From Octopus vulgaris (taxonomy: Eukaryota): DNA of 64,000 nt. The stretch is taken from positions 158,100,001-158,164,000 of the forward strand of contig OX597815.1 in assembly GCA_951406725.2 (NCBI GenBank), written 5' to 3'. A model generated the notes under the pieces. That model saw only the letters and a list, made by a program, of their open reading frames with translations, made no database searches and was not told the DNA's origin. The translations under genes and the position numbers were made by a program. Of this stretch, positions 36,609 through 50,906 are shown in pieces. Position 1 is the first letter of the stretch. Every line of letters starts with the position of its first letter.

Positions 36609-39600
36609 ATTAGGAAATAGTTTGATATTTCCGTTCCATATGATCAAACATTTGTTGTAATTTGCATTTTTATTCATTTATTTTGCAAAAGAGCTTTTCT
36701 TAACTTAGCAAATTTTTATAATACAAATGCTAAAAATAATTATATATCCAATTTCATGCCAAAATTAAATCATTTAAATTTATTTTTGTTATCACCTGTT
36801 TCTAAGGTGAAATAAGCTAAAATAATGCACCTGTTTCACTCAAAAAGTCCTAAAAGAAAAAAAAACCCAAAAGGCAATTTATTAGAAGCAGCAAAAAATT
36901 ACACAGAAATAGGCCTGTTATGTTGAACATTGATCTAGGTTAACGAGAACTGAAACCATATTTCACCATACTGGGCACATTTATCCTTGTGCAGAACTGT
37001 CTGTATATTCCCTGAATCATCCTTTTTTCTGTTGTGTAGGTTTAGTGAAAGAAATTCTGAAATTTTCACTGAATTTGAGATGTTTTGAGCCTGTATTACC
37101 TCTTGAAATTCCAGTGGATCATATTTTCAGCTACAGCCAATAAATGTAATAATCAAGAGAATATAAGTGCAGAACACCGTGGTCCAAAAAATGGAATGCA
37201 CTGCCATATTAGCTATCAAAATCTTGGAACATCTCAAAGTTTAAAAAATCTTTCTCATAGACAATGAATCAGTGTGTGTGTGTGTGTGTGTGAGAGAGGA
37301 AGAGAGAGTGATGGGACAGAGAGAGAGAGGGAAAGAGAATGAGTGGACAGAGAGAGAGGGGGAGAGATAGATAGAGATAGAGCAAGAGAGAGAGAGAGAG
37401 AGCAGCTATAGCTTTGGTGAATTTTATATCAAATTACCACCACCATTGTCAATGCTTGCTACCCTCATCACTCTCATCATTGTCATTGAATAACATGTAT
37501 ATTTTTGAAAATGTATGCAATTAAAATGATGTTAGTTAATTCTAATTAACATTATATTAATTAATAAGTCAAATGTAATATGTCATTAAACAGTAATAAA
37601 ATATGTTAAAATGTCAAGATATTTATAGTTGGTCACATTGAAAAGGTATGCTTGTATTATGTATTTAAAAAAGTTTTCCTTTTGCAATCATTTTCATCAT
37701 AGATATGACTAAAATCCAATATTATCTTAATTATACATACTTTGAATTTAAAATCTGACAATTAAGCATACCTGCATACATGCAAATGTGACATGTTTTT
37801 AAACATATATGCATATTGCCCATGCTGATGGCATGTAAAATGCACCATTTGAGTGTGGTCGTTGCCAGTACCACCTAACTGGCACCCATGCTGGTGGAAC
37901 ATAAAAAGCACCATTCAAGTGTGGTCAATGCCAGTACTGCCTGACTGGTCCCTGTGCCAGTGGCACATAAAAAGCACCCACTACACTCTGGGAGTGGCTG
38001 GCATTAGGAAAGGCATCCAGCTATAGAAAATTTGCCAGATCAGATTGGAGCCTAGTGCAGCCTCCTGGCTTGCCTGCCAGTTCTCAGTCAAACCATCCAA
38101 CCAATGCCAGCATGGAAAGCAAATGCTAAACGATGATGATGATTTTGACACATGTAAACATTTTATGAAATTTTCTAATCATAACTATAAAATTGTAAAT
38201 TACATAATGAATTTACACCCTCTTCTATATACATTAGAATGTATTTAATAATTTGTAGCTAATTCATGTTGAAGTCACACTGCGTTATACTATGTATTTA
38301 TACTGAAAAGTATTTCTGAACCTTAATTGTCAAGAGAAATTAAGAAACAGAATAATAAGTTGTGTTGCATTGTATATACATTTCTGCTATATTTATTACA
38401 ATTTTAGCAAGTAAACAAACATTTTACAGAAAACGAAAACAACATGTTGTTTAAAAAACTTTTGCAAAGTGGGATAGTGATTCAAGATTTCATTATTAGA
38501 AATATTAATTAAAAGATAATGTCGCCACATTAAATGAAATGTAAACCTTTAAATGTAAGAAAACAATATTGTAGTTTTACAGTATGTTTAAAAACTGAGC
38601 ATACCTCAGTTTTTAGAAATGGAAAATTATTTTAAACATTTAGTCTTGTGTGTGCTTAATCAAATACACAATTGGAGATTTTATTGAGCAAATTAATTTT
38701 AATTACTAATTCTGGAATTTTTTAAAATTTTGTATAGAAAGGGAAGGTAACACCACACTTAAAAAAGAATAGGCTAAACTATCTTTTCTATGGGATATCT
38801 ATACTATAATAGAGAAAGCTGCTTATTAATTAGTTGGAATCATGAAACTTTTACTAAAAGAAAGCTATTATTAAATTCACTGTTGTCCAGAAGATATTTT
38901 AAAATTCCAATTTTTACATATTTTTATCAAAAAAAGGTTTTCAAATTTCTTTTCAACTAAATAATTAATTTTAATTTGCTACCATCATTTTCAAAAATCT
39001 GAAACTGTATTTCTGATAGTTAATTCCTTTGCTGGAACCTCTGTTTATGCTGTCATAGTTCATATGATGAACAAGAATTTAAAAAATATCATTTTTCATG
39101 TCTGTACATCTGTAGCTGTGTTTATATAGGTTATAAATAAATTTTAGTATTAATATCTCAGCACAAATATATGTCAACAGAAAAGAAATCAGTCACAACT
39201 AAAGGCAAGTTTTTCAATATGATTTTTTCCAGTACATTCCTTAGCATTTTTATGCTGCCTTTAACAAAACACTTTGAACATCAGAGATTATGAGCCTGCA
39301 AATATTTTTAAAATAACAATCTAGTGACTGAAATATATATCATACAAAACAAAATATATTAATACACATGCACTTTAAATGCAAATGAAATATATTCATT
39401 CATATACAAAACAAAATATTTTTATACACAATTATTATACAAAAAGAATATTTTATACACTTCAAATGCAAATTTTTCAACTTTAACCTATGAAATGGAT
39501 ACTCAAAACTCTTTCTCTGTGATTTACACTCGTGTACCTAATGCATACACAAACACAGAAAACAAGTTTATTTGTCACAGATATGATGAATATTTGGGGA

Positions 39601-40790
39601 AGGATTTGAGTGGTAATCTAAAATTGATTTCAAATTACCCTCAGAAGTAATACTAGCTGTTCCTTAATATGAACATAATTTCAAGTTACCAGGAGGTTAG
39701 CTGAGTGGGATCGGGAGGAATCTAAAGAACAACAACAACAAAAAAAAAGAGGGTAATTTGTGCATATGTTTATTTTGTATGTTATAGGCTTTAGAATATA
39801 CCCACACAATCTAGGTATTTCTAACATAATAAACAACCACAAAGAGGACTTGCAGTTCGTTTAAAAGAGAGGGGTTAAGATTGAAAAAATTCTGAAAGAA
39901 ATATTTACTGAGTTAGTGAGTACTATTAGATGAATAAAAGATATAAAGGAAAATTAGAAGTAACAGAAAAATAATACAAATTGGGAATCAAATATGTAAA
40001 TATTACTAAGCAACTATCATAAAACTGCCTGGTGGGGGCCAGTGTTTTCTCTAGTTTTCTTAATGAAGTTAAGATGAGACCATTTGCTAAAAAAGTATAT
40101 CAAATTATTCACTGGTACTTATGACAATTATTATGAAAATTAGTGTTGATTTATGCATTTACTTGTCATGGAACATGTCAACAATTTTAGGAAGTATTGG
40201 AGAGTCCATTCTGTATGTCTAATATTTGTGTACTTATATACAGAGGACTGAGATATGTGGGGCAATGATGTACTCAAGAAGACCTACTCGTCACAACAGA
40301 ATTGAGATCCTAAAACCAAGGTGGCACATGAAAAGCACTGGTGTGGGTGGTGTTGCCACGTAAAAAGTACCCAGTACACTCTGTAGAGTGGCTGGTATTA
40401 GGAAGGGTATCAAGCCATAAAACCAAGCCAAAACAAACTATGGAACCTGGTGTGACCTCTGGCCTTGCCAGTTCCTGTTAAACCATTCAACCCATGCCAG
40501 CATGGAAAATGGACATTAGATGTTGATGATGATGATGAGGATGATGAAGGTGAAGGTGGTGAACTGGCAGAATTGTTTGTATGCTGGGCAAAATGCTTAG
40601 CAGCATTTTGTCTGTCTTTACATAGTGAGTTCAAATTCCACTGAGGTCAACTTTGCGTTCCATTTTTCTGGGGTGATAAAAATAGGTACAAACTGAGAAC
40701 TGGGGTAGATGTAATCAACAGCCTCTTCCCTAAGATTGCTCAACTTGTGTCAAAATTTGTATACTTGGATTTGTCTAATACAAGTAGTTA

Positions 40791-40832
<42 letters not shown>

Positions 40833-40953
40833 TATATATATAATTAATGAGAGAGATGGGAGGTATGAAAATCTTTATTGATCACTACAACCGTTTTGAC
40901 CCATCTCGCATTGGCAAACAACTAGGTGTATACCATATGATTTATTAAATACT

Positions 40954-40987
<34 letters not shown>

Positions 40988-42429
40988 TATACACACACAC
41001 TCATACACATATCTTTGCCCGAGGTAGTAATAATGGGAAGTTTTATTTTGTGCATTTATAAATGTACAGAAATTCTTAATGGAATTTTAAAATATATTTT
41101 GTGTTTTCGAAAGTATTTCCCTTCATGACTTGTTTCATAAAAGTTCTTGCAATGCAAATATATAGTCTTGATTGATGAATAGTGACACATTTTGATAGAA
41201 TTGGGAACTGATATGTTGATGATGGCAATTTCTATTTATATAAATGCATTAATTAATTGTACTTACTAGCATGCAGTTATAAGCGAGAGTTTTATTATGG
41301 AAGAACAGCATATGTCCATACAGCTAGTTTTTGTCTTCATGCTGCTGATGTTGTCCAAAGGAAAGATGGGTTGGAACCAGTGTTATTATAGATGAACCCA
41401 GAAGATAAAGATCTGGAATAAGCACCTCAAAGCATTTTGGTCAGTGCTCTGATAATTACACCAATCAACCACCCTGGATTGGTGTTTAATTTTTTAACTT
41501 CAAAAGGACAAAAGATAACGCTGACCTCAGCAGGAATTGAACAATGAACATAAAGAGCTGGAACAAATATCACAAGGCATTTTGTTTGAGGCTTTAATAA
41601 TACTGTTAATCCACTGCCTTAAAGTTAAATGATAATGGAATATTTGTATGTTTTAAGACATTTAATCTAAATACTTTGTTAAAGAGCTCATCTATGTTCC
41701 CAACTACTATATTTGATATTCTTCAGGAAAATATTCCCACAAAACATTTTTTTTTGGATGCCATTTTGAATACATATTTAAAATGTTTTATCAGTTCTAC
41801 GTTTAAAATATTTTAATCTTTTGTTTTCTGTATTCAGATGATTGACCAACAATACTCTGGCTTTAAGATAGTGCCTCTTTCAGGGTGGCCACATTGGTAT
41901 TTGTATTCAGACTTCATAGATTTTATTAAACATTTTTGGTAGATATTTAGATACGTGTGCCTAATATTGTTGATTATATAAAATGATATGGCAGAGGATT
42001 TCAAAATTTCATATTGAATTGATGACACAATGTATACAGGAATACCTCAACAAATGTCCACTCATTAAGTAAGAGATTCTGTGAGAGGCTAACTTACAGA
42101 GAAATGTTATAAACAATGATTACATTTTAGAATGACTTTAGAAATTTTTAAAAGTTTAAATAAGGAGCAACAAACTACTTAGGCACATATTGAGTTGATG
42201 AAGAAAAACATTACAAATAACCAATCAAATATCTCTAGTTTATATATACATCACTCAATGTTTCTTTGCTGGTAATTTTGGGTTAATAACTCAATGTGTA
42301 TCTGCCACTTGTAGTTAGTTCACTGGAAATGGAATGAGTCTCATTATTATTTTTTTTTCCATTACAACACCATTCCTTTAGAAATCTCTAGATAGCAGAC
42401 TAGCTGAGAATGTAAGCTTCATAAGGATA

Positions 42430-43020
42430 GATGCACTTGAGCAGCATTACTATGAGTATGCTGGAATTAGATTTTCTTAAATACCAGGATGGCTCACTAG
42501 AATCAAGGAAAGATGGTTACTCTGAAAATATGGTAGCTAGAGTAAGAATGGGCTGGGAAAAATTCAGGAAGGCTACTACTGCTGCTGACAACAAAAGATA
42601 TTTTTCCTTAAGTGTGAAAGGTAGACTGTATGAAGCTTGGGCTAGATCTATGATGCTGGATCATAGTGTGATATAGGCCTTGAATATTGAGAACAGAAGA
42701 AAACTGGAAAGAAATGAAGCAAGCATGCTCCATTGGATGTACAATGTAAGTGTGCATAAATGACATGGTACAAATGTGCGGAGGAAAACTGGACACAAGA
42801 GAAGTCAGAAATAGTCTGCAAGAAAGAAGACTATGCTGGTATGGACATGTGATACATATAGTTGAGGACAGTTGTATAAGGAAGTGTAGATCACTGAATG
42901 TGGAGCTTGCAGAAGAAATGTGAGACATATGGTGAAGGCTGGTCTCAGGCCCTTGAAACTCACAGGGGATGACAAAGGACAGGGATGACTAGTGATATGC
43001 GGTTCTTGAGAAGACCTACT
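42430..43020 (+). pseudogene. Older degraded RTE-clade LINE 3' fragment
   Basis: ARVRMGWEKFR, SLSVKGRLYEA, LERNEASML, RRLCWYGHV; homologous to 59304-59760. Confidence 0.85.
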
Positions 43021-43123
43021 GTCTGCCTGTCTATTTGTCTATCAATCTACCTGCCTGCACACATCAATTTGTCAACACTACTCATCACCTCTATAGACAG
43101 TTTTTTTTATACCACTTATCTTT

Positions 43124-43189
43124 CTGGAACCATTTCACTTGGACTACCTGGAACCATTTCACTTGGACTACCTGGAACCATTTCACTTG
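43124..43189 (+). repeat. 24-bp tandem repeat, ~2.7 copies
   Basis: ctggaaccatttcacttggactac repeated. Confidence 0.9.
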
Positions 43190-43454
43190 ATATTCACCCA
43201 CATTTTACACTGAGCATCCTCTATCTCTCCTCCGAAACCTTATATCTCTCAATCTCCCCATGCACTATGTCTTCCTCTCCTTTCCCCCCCCCCCCCACAC
43301 TCTTGCAATCTACACAACCTTACTTTATCTCTCTCTGTCTTCCTCTCTCTCTCTCTCTCTCATCCATCTCCTGCTTTCTGTATTATCTTTACTATTTTGC
43401 AGCTCTCCACTCATTATGAATCATCATGAACATTTTCTTATTTTTATTATGTAA

Positions 43455-44093
43455 TAGCCATTTGTGTTTCATACTTAATGTATACATAGTGTCAATAGCC
43501 CAGTTACTGTAGTAATTTCCCTGAGCTAATTAATATCTCTTATAGGCATTCTATATTAAAAACAATAAATATCAGGGAAATGAAAACTTATCCCAGCAGC
43601 TGCTAGAGAGAATGCCAGCTGAATTTTGGTGTACTTACAATTAGCCACATGCTCACTGTCCACGAGATAAAAAAAAAAGTGAATAAAGCATTCACTGATG
43701 TTGCAAACAACTGTCCAACTGATGCAATTGAGACAATATTAAATTAAAATAGCCATCTACATTTCAAACTTAATGTGTACATGCTGTTGATAGGGCAGTT
43801 ACTGTAGTATTTGTCTAGAGATAACATCTAAGGATGTGCTGTCAAAAGAACATAATAAATATCAAAGGGAGACAAAATTCCGTTCCAGTAGCAACCAGTA
43901 AGAATGCCAGATACACATTTCAGCCTTTTTGGGTCTTTTCAATGGCATATACTCACAACCAATCTACATTCTTGGATTAGAATCTGTTGCCCTGATAAAG
44001 AATAAAGTGAATAAAACAATCATTGATGTTGTGAATAGCCACCTGATTAAATGAAAATCCAGTAGACATAATTGAGGTAGTATTAGATTAGTA
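43455..44093 (+). repeat. Old diverged tandem duplication (~300-bp unit)
   Basis: The anchors acttaatg, cagttactgtagta, aataaatatca, agaatgccag, aaagtgaataaa and aattgag occur in the same order twice. Confidence 0.7.
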
Positions 44094-46017
44094 TGAAACG
44101 AAATACTTAGTTGTTTAAGCAAGAAATCTGCTACTGAAGAAAAACTTCATTTCAAACGAATGAACAATGGCCTTGTGTTAAACATATATATGATAAATAT
44201 GGAAGATGGAATATATTTTTGTACTCATTTGTAATAGGTCAGTAACAAAAAAAAAAAAGGGAGCTACTTCTTACTTTCAAAAAGATCTGTTTTTCCTTAT
44301 GTTAAAGAAGAAAGTTAAATTGGTTCAATGAATATAGAGGTTTGGAGTGCTGTAAAGACAAGAGTATTCTAACATTTAGAACAGGGTTTCTAATGTTCAC
44401 ATTTTGTAAGTGAACACCAAATATTCACATTACGTGCACATTTGAAATGAATGGATTCCAAAATTACACTTTTTTTACCATTCTTTCTGATGACTGTTAT
44501 CCTTTTCTACATTCTCAATATATTTTAGATTTTAGTTTTTCCTGTATATGTATGTATACATGTATGCAAGTGTGTGTGTGTGTGAGTACATTCTGGACAC
44601 TGGCAGTGGATTATCTTGAGATGACTGCCTTCTTATAGTGACAGGTTAAAACCCATTTACAGTCATGCAGATTAAGAGAGAACTACAAAGACTTTTGGAA
44701 GGACTTGCTATTGCTATGACCTTAGAAGTAAATTTCATGGATGTTATGGATATTTCTCGTGAATGATGCTGTCTATACTATAAGCTAAACAAAACTTTAT
44801 ACTACTTCCAAAAGCTATTGAATCACCTGAAATTTATAATTAGTGGACTTGTGTGTATAGATGGACAAAATTGCCTATGTAGCTCATGTCATCATCATTA
44901 TTGTTTTAACATTGACTTTTTCATGCTTGCATTAATCAGAATTTGTCAAGGCAGAACTTTTACATCAGAATACCATTCCTGTTGCCAACTCACACCTGTT
45001 TCTATGTAAGATAAGGATGAATGTTAGACACTAGCACATAATAGATTTGAAAGAAAAAAAGAGTAATAGCATTTGCTTTTTGAACAGCACTTCCTTTTAA
45101 GAGCTTTTGAGCTGCAGAGACAGATCGTACACAAAAGTAATTAATGATAGTGACTGTACTAATCACTAAAGGTATTAATGAAAGCAATTCTAACATAGAA
45201 ATTAATATCAGGTATGTAACTGTGAGGAACCAGCAATCTACAGGATATGAATGCTCATCAAATACATAACAGTTTTAATGACTGGTAATACACAAAGTAT
45301 GTGTGATTGTAGGAAGGTGAATGCATAACCTTCAAATAAGTGTTTTCTTTATAAGATGGTAATAGTTATGTGAGCAAATTTCAAGGAATACATAGGCTTT
45401 ACAGCTTCAAAAATTCAAAGTTAGTCCACTCAATTTTGTTAGCTGAATATGTACAACACAGAAATAATAACATAGATAATGATTTCAAATTTTTGCCATA
45501 AGGGCAGCTTGGGGGAGGATGTTAAGTCGATTACATTGACCTCAGTATTTCACTGGTACTTAATTTATTGACACTGAAAGGATGAAAGGCAAAGTCAACC
45601 TTGGTGGATTTTGAAATCAGAACGTAAATGGGTGAAATACCGCTAAGCATACCGTTCAGTGCGCTAATGATTATGCTGGCTCACTGCCTTAATAGCATAC
45701 ATAATTAGTCAAAATGGAGCATTGTGAAATATGTAATTCCATACAAAAGTGAATGGAAGAGATGTGGATTATGTTGCCAGAATGCACAAAAGATCTTGCT
45801 AATTCACTGCTTTTGAATAAACGAAATGAGGTAGTAATTAGCAGTAACTAAAAACAAAATGTTTGTACATTTTTAAATATTATGAGAAAAGGGGATACAA
45901 GAGTTAGTTTTACAATGCAAATACCATGTTTTATGTGATGCTTGTAAATATATGTAATCTTGGATTATAAATATATATATCTACATTATATATTTAAAAT
46001 AAAATATTTATTATGGA

Positions 46018-46178
46018 CACAGGAGTGGCTGTGTGGTAAGTAGCTTGCTAACCAACCACATGGTTCTGGGTTCAGTCCCACTGTGTGGCATCTTGGGCAA
46101 GTGTCTTCTGCTATAGCCCCGGGCCGACCAATGCCTTGTGAGTGGATTTGGTAGACGGAAACTGAAAGAAGCCTGTCG

Positions 46179-46219
<41 letters not shown>

Positions 46220-46425
46220 TTGTGTGTCTGTGTTTGTCCCCCTAGCATTGCTTGACAACCGATGCTGGTGTGTTTACGTCCCCGTCACTTAGCAGTTCGG
46301 CAAAAGAGACCGATAGAATAAGTACTGGGCTTACAAAGAATAAGTCCCGGGGTCGATTTGCTCGACTAAAAGGCGGTGCTCCAGCATGGCTGCAGTCAAA
46401 TGACTGAAACAAGTAAAAGAGTAAA
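46018..46425 (+). mobile_element. tRNA-derived SINE family B with an internal (TA)n(TG)n microsatellite; full-length copy
   Basis: Head ggagtggctgtgtggtaag..gggttcagtccc; tail gactgaaacaagtaaaagagt. Other copies at ~14037-14258, 24257-24612(-), 46808-48003(-), 51790-52648, 54105-56049(-) and 60735-61001(-). Confidence 0.88.
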
Positions 46426-46449
46426 ATGCACTATGATATATGGACTTAG

Positions 46450-48165
46450 CGGCACAATACCTACACATATGTGCCCCACTGACTTTGTTTACTCATAACT
46501 TTCTGAAAAATGGATATTCTTTAATGAAATTTTCTAAAAGATAGATTCTATCATATCAGAATATGTGTTGCAACAAATTAAAAAAAAAAAAAAAAAAGAA
46601 GTCATGTGTGTCATGTGCTATCCTATCAATTTTTATCTTCATACCAAATTCCAATAAAATCATAATCTACACACTGTGAAAGGTATTTGTTGCAATTTTC
46701 ATTGAAAATAGTCATTCTTTTCAAAACTTATGCGAGAAAACAAACCCAAACATGTGAATTTTCTTAAACCCCTCTCCCCCACTACCTTTTTAAAAAATTT
46801 ATATATACTTGTTTCACTCATTTGACTGTGGCCATGCTGGAGCACCGTCTTTTAGTTGAACAAATCTACCCCAGGACATTTTCTTTGTAAGCCTAGTACT
46901 TATTGTAAGCCTAGTACTTATTCTATCAGGGTCTTTTGTCAAACTGCTAAGTTACAGGGATGTAAACACACCAACATCAGTTGTCAAGTGATGGTGGGGG
47001 GACAAATACAGACACACAAATACATACATACAAACATACACATAAATAATGTGGTTTTTTCATTTGCATGAACTAAAAGTCAGATGGGGATGGGATAAAC
47101 TACCTGCATCAACTTGCTATAAAAGCAGGTAATAATTTTACCTTGTACTTGTTTTTAGTGTGAGTTTTGAAGAGTGCAATTCGATTTTAAAAGTTTTTTT
47201 TTTCAAAGCTATAATAGAAGTGACAAATGAGCATATTCAGCATATTTTGTTTTATGAGTTCAATAAAAGGAACAATGCAAAGTGGTTCCAGAAATTCTGA
47301 GCTGGAAACTACAGCCTCTTAGAAGACAAGCCTTGTCCTGGAGATCTGTAGAGATTGACGAGGATGTCCTGCAAACAAAATCCCATTGTAACTGTTGGGG
47401 AACTAGCAGAGAAGCTTAGATTTGGCCATTCAACCATTCACTGACACCTGTGCTAGAAGAAAAATGACTATCTTTGGTTTCAAGACAAAAGGTGTTCTTC
47501 CATCAGGATACTGCTTGACCACAAACAGTAAGGATGACATTCCAAAGGCTGGAGCAGTTTGAATGGAAAATATACCTCACCCACCATATTCGTCGGACAT
47601 TGCCCTACCCACAATATTTGTTGGACATTGCCCTATCTGATTATCATTTATTTCGCAGTCTTCAAAATCATTTGGATGGAAAAAATATGAGTTCTATAGA
47701 CAAGGTCAGAACAGTACTGAAAGAGTATTTTTCATCATGAACAAGTGAATTTTGGAAGAGGAGCCTTGCAAGTTTACCAGATAGATGGAAGAGCATTGTA
47801 GAGTATATTTTAGATGAAAAAAAGAATTTTGTTTATCTTAATTTTGAAAAATAAGAGCAGTATAAAAAAACTGTATTATTCATGGGTTGCTTCAATATAT
47901 GATGGGCTTCTTTCAGTTTCCATCTACCAAATCCACTCACAAGGCTTTGAAGACACTTGCTCAAGGTACCACACAGTGGGACTGAATTCCACACAGCCAC
48001 TCCTTCCTTCGAATACATTTTTTTCACAAAAATTTCAATAAAATTGGAATCTACACTATATGAAGTGTATTTGTATAAAATTTCATTAAAAAAATATCCA
48101 TTTTTCCAGAAGTTATGAGGAAATAAAATTAGTGTGGCACATTTGTGTATGTATGTTCATTGCTA
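46450..48165. mobile_element. TIR element (MITE) hosting a SINE that hosts a mariner
   Basis: acacatatgtgccccact..cataactttctgaaaaatggatatt (46465-46520) is inverted at 48093-48150. Confidence 0.7.
47041..47895 (+). mobile_element. Internally deleted copy of the same mariner family, inserted into a SINE microsatellite
   Basis: Colinear with 4659-5747 (gatgggataaactacctgcatcaacttgctataaaagc; DIALSDYHLFRSLQNHLDGK). Confidence 0.9.
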
Positions 48166-48524
48166 TAACATAATTAATACTAAGATGAGATTGCAATTAC
48201 AAATCTACATATCAGCTTGTTTCACTTCACTTTCATTTTATATATAAACAATTTTTATTATATAACAGCATGTTATATTTCTTTTATTCTTTTACAGGTT
48301 TCAGTCCTAAGGCTTGGATATAAACAAAGAATATACTACTTTTGTTTGGTTTGCACATGAGAATGACAATACTGTGAACCAGATGGGCTCAGTTTTTCAC
48401 TACACATAAACATAAATAGCATAACAGTATTGATGATTATTGTGTTTATTACATAATCCTAACTGTATTAAAAATGCAATGCAATGCAATGCATACATGC
48501 ATGTATGTATGTTATATTTCAATA

Positions 48525-49021
48525 TCTATAAAGCTGAAATGCGAAAAAGTTGTTTGTCTCATTTTGGGATGGGAATCGTTTAAGGGGCAGTAGATGGGGT
48601 CGGATTGCCACCAAAATTTACAGGGACATGTAAAAAGAGGCAAGGAAGCGACTGGACTAGGTTAGAAACCCTTATCTCAAAAGCTGTGGTTACTAGGGCA
48701 ACAAAACCCAGACTTTGACAAGTGTTTGTCGTTTCTCTCTTTCGTTTCTTTCTTTCGGATATCACACTGTCTTCCTCGATCTCTCTCTTTCCTTCCTTCC
48801 CTTCACTTTCTCTCTATAACGCTGTTTGACACCTTCCACTCTCATCCCCTCTCTGCCTTCACCGTCTCTCTGTCACCCTTTCTCCCACCACTTCTTGTCT
48901 TATTATCGCCCACCACTACTGCACAATCATACCGGATATTATTAATCAGATATATTGTGTTAATTTATATATATATATGTGTGTATATAATAAATATAGA
49001 TATGTGTATACACACACACAT

Positions 49022-49052
<31 letters not shown>

Positions 49053-49748
49053 ATCAATATCTATGAAGCCGAAATGCGAAAAAGTTGTTTGATTTCCTGG
49101 TTATTTGCCTCATTTTGGGATGGGAACGGTTTAAGGGGTGGTAGATGGGGTCGGATTGGCGTCAAAATTTACACTGGCGGGTAAATGGGGTGGGCAATGG
49201 TGTGAGGAGGGTTCCAAGTCTCTTGGGGCTACCGGTTGGTTGCCATGGTGAGGAATATGGGAAAAATTGAGTTTTATGGGATAGACAGGTCGTACTGTTT
49301 GAATAATGGTGGCATTTTGTGTTGCTGCAGGGACTAGAGGCGGTTATCTTTAATCTAATCTATAAAATGAAGGCAAATGTTGATACAAATTGGGTTTTTA
49401 TGTAAAAAGGGGTCTAAGTGGGGTTGGAAGGGGATTAAAATTTACAGGAGTGGGTAACTTGAGGTGAGAAATTGATGGGGAGACGTTTTGGGGCACTACA
49501 GTGGTTGCTTTACTGTGAAAACGAGGATCTTATTGATTTTTGGGGATATTTGGGGGTCTAGATTGGACACCTTTTGCTCAATTTCACTCAAATTTTCAAC
49601 ATGATAAAGTGGAAGCAGATTTGTAATTTAAGCACAGAAAATGGGTTTGAATTTTTGAAAATTAAGGCAAGATTTAAGAAAAGAAAGGAATCAACAGAAA
49701 GTAACAACCACACTCTCACCTGCACGTAGAGCGGTCACCTTAAGCTAG
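48525..49748 (+). mobile_element. Non-autonomous Helitron-like element with a duplicated 5' end
   Basis: The 5' sequence TCTAT(A/G)AAGC(T/C)GAAATGCGAAAAAGTTG occurs at 48525 and 49060; a 3' GC-rich hairpin remnant is followed by CTAG|T at 49745-48. Confidence 0.65.
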
Positions 49749-50049
49749 TATATATTATAAAATTTATTGGCAGTAGTAATTAGGTAGTCATTTTTCATTG
49801 CTTTACAAATGCATAGTTTCTTAACATAATTGCATTTTATCTTATAGCTCTATGATTTCCATTGTTGATGTTTGATCTTCATTCATATTGCATGTCTTGC
49901 TAGCATTCTTCTCACATGCATGGCATATGTATATTTATGCATTTTACACTATAAAATGTATGATACAATGATATCAAATCTATGTATGCTATCTTAAAAA
50001 GATAGTGTGTTTGCACTATGGTATATATATCATCATCATCCTTTAGCGT

Positions 50050-50093
<44 letters not shown>

Positions 50094-50435
50094 ATAAGGA
50101 AAGGAAAAGTCCAGTTGACATTACAATTGTTTCCATAAATGAACAATATCTTTATTCCATATCTCATACAATGTTATGCAATACATGCCATAACGTATGG
50201 AAATATATAATAATCCTATAGTTCATTCACTTTCTCAGATGTCATGATCTGAAGACATGCTTGATCAAATAAATGTTTTGAGATGGGTTTATTTGGGCAG
50301 GTTACAAAATGTAAATAGACTGAGCATGTAAAACTTTCACTTGATATCTCCCATAAGTTTCAAGACAATCTTAATTAATAGGTATAGAAGTAAATTAAAA
50401 TAAATTCAAAATAAAATTGACTGGAATTTATCACA

Positions 50436-50906
50436 TACCGTAGCCAGTACCGCATCGACTGGCCTCCGTGCTGTGGGCACGTAACAAACACCGTCCGAGC
50501 GTGGCCGTCTGCCAGCCTCGTCTGGCACCTGTGTCGGTGGCACATAAAAACACCATCCGAGCGTGGCCGTCTGCCAGCCTCGTCTAGCACCTGTGTCGGT
50601 GGCACATAAAAACACCATCCGAGCATGGCCGTCTGCCAGCCTCGTCTGGCACCTGTGTCGGTGGCACGTAAAAACACCATCCGAGCGTGGCCGTTCGCCA
50701 GCCTTGTCTGGCACCTGTGTCGGTGGCACATAAAATCACCCACTACACTCTCGGAGTGGTTGGCGTTAGGAAGGGCATCCAGCTGTAGAAACACTGCCAG
50801 ATCTGACTGGCCTGGTGTAGCCTTCGGGCTTGCCAGACCCCAGTTGAACCGTCCAACCCATGCTAGCATGGAAAGCGGATGTTAAACGATGATGATGATG
50901 ATGATG
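50436..50906 (+). mobile_element. SINE/retroposon family A with a (GAT)n tail and GC-rich internal tandem units; this copy has four ~62-bp repeats
   Basis: Shared core cccactacactctcggagtggttggcgttaggaagggcatccagctgtagaaac..gcatggaaagcggacgttaaacgatgatg. Other copies at ~475-962(-), 2040-2365, 20633-21004, 33273-33606, 34724-35008(-), 35414-35838(-), 37817-38143 and 40320-40546. Confidence 0.88.

Noticed and set aside
39690-39721. Candidate upstream collagen exon (tag|ATTCC...CCTCCTG|gtaact, minus)
   Set aside because: The frame needed for a phase-1 exit (..PPG) contains a TAA stop.
50436-50735. CRISPR-like regular array and ORFs of 86-164 aa
   Set aside because: The units are whole ~62-bp tandem repeats without unique spacers, inside a multi-copy SINE in eukaryotic DNA.
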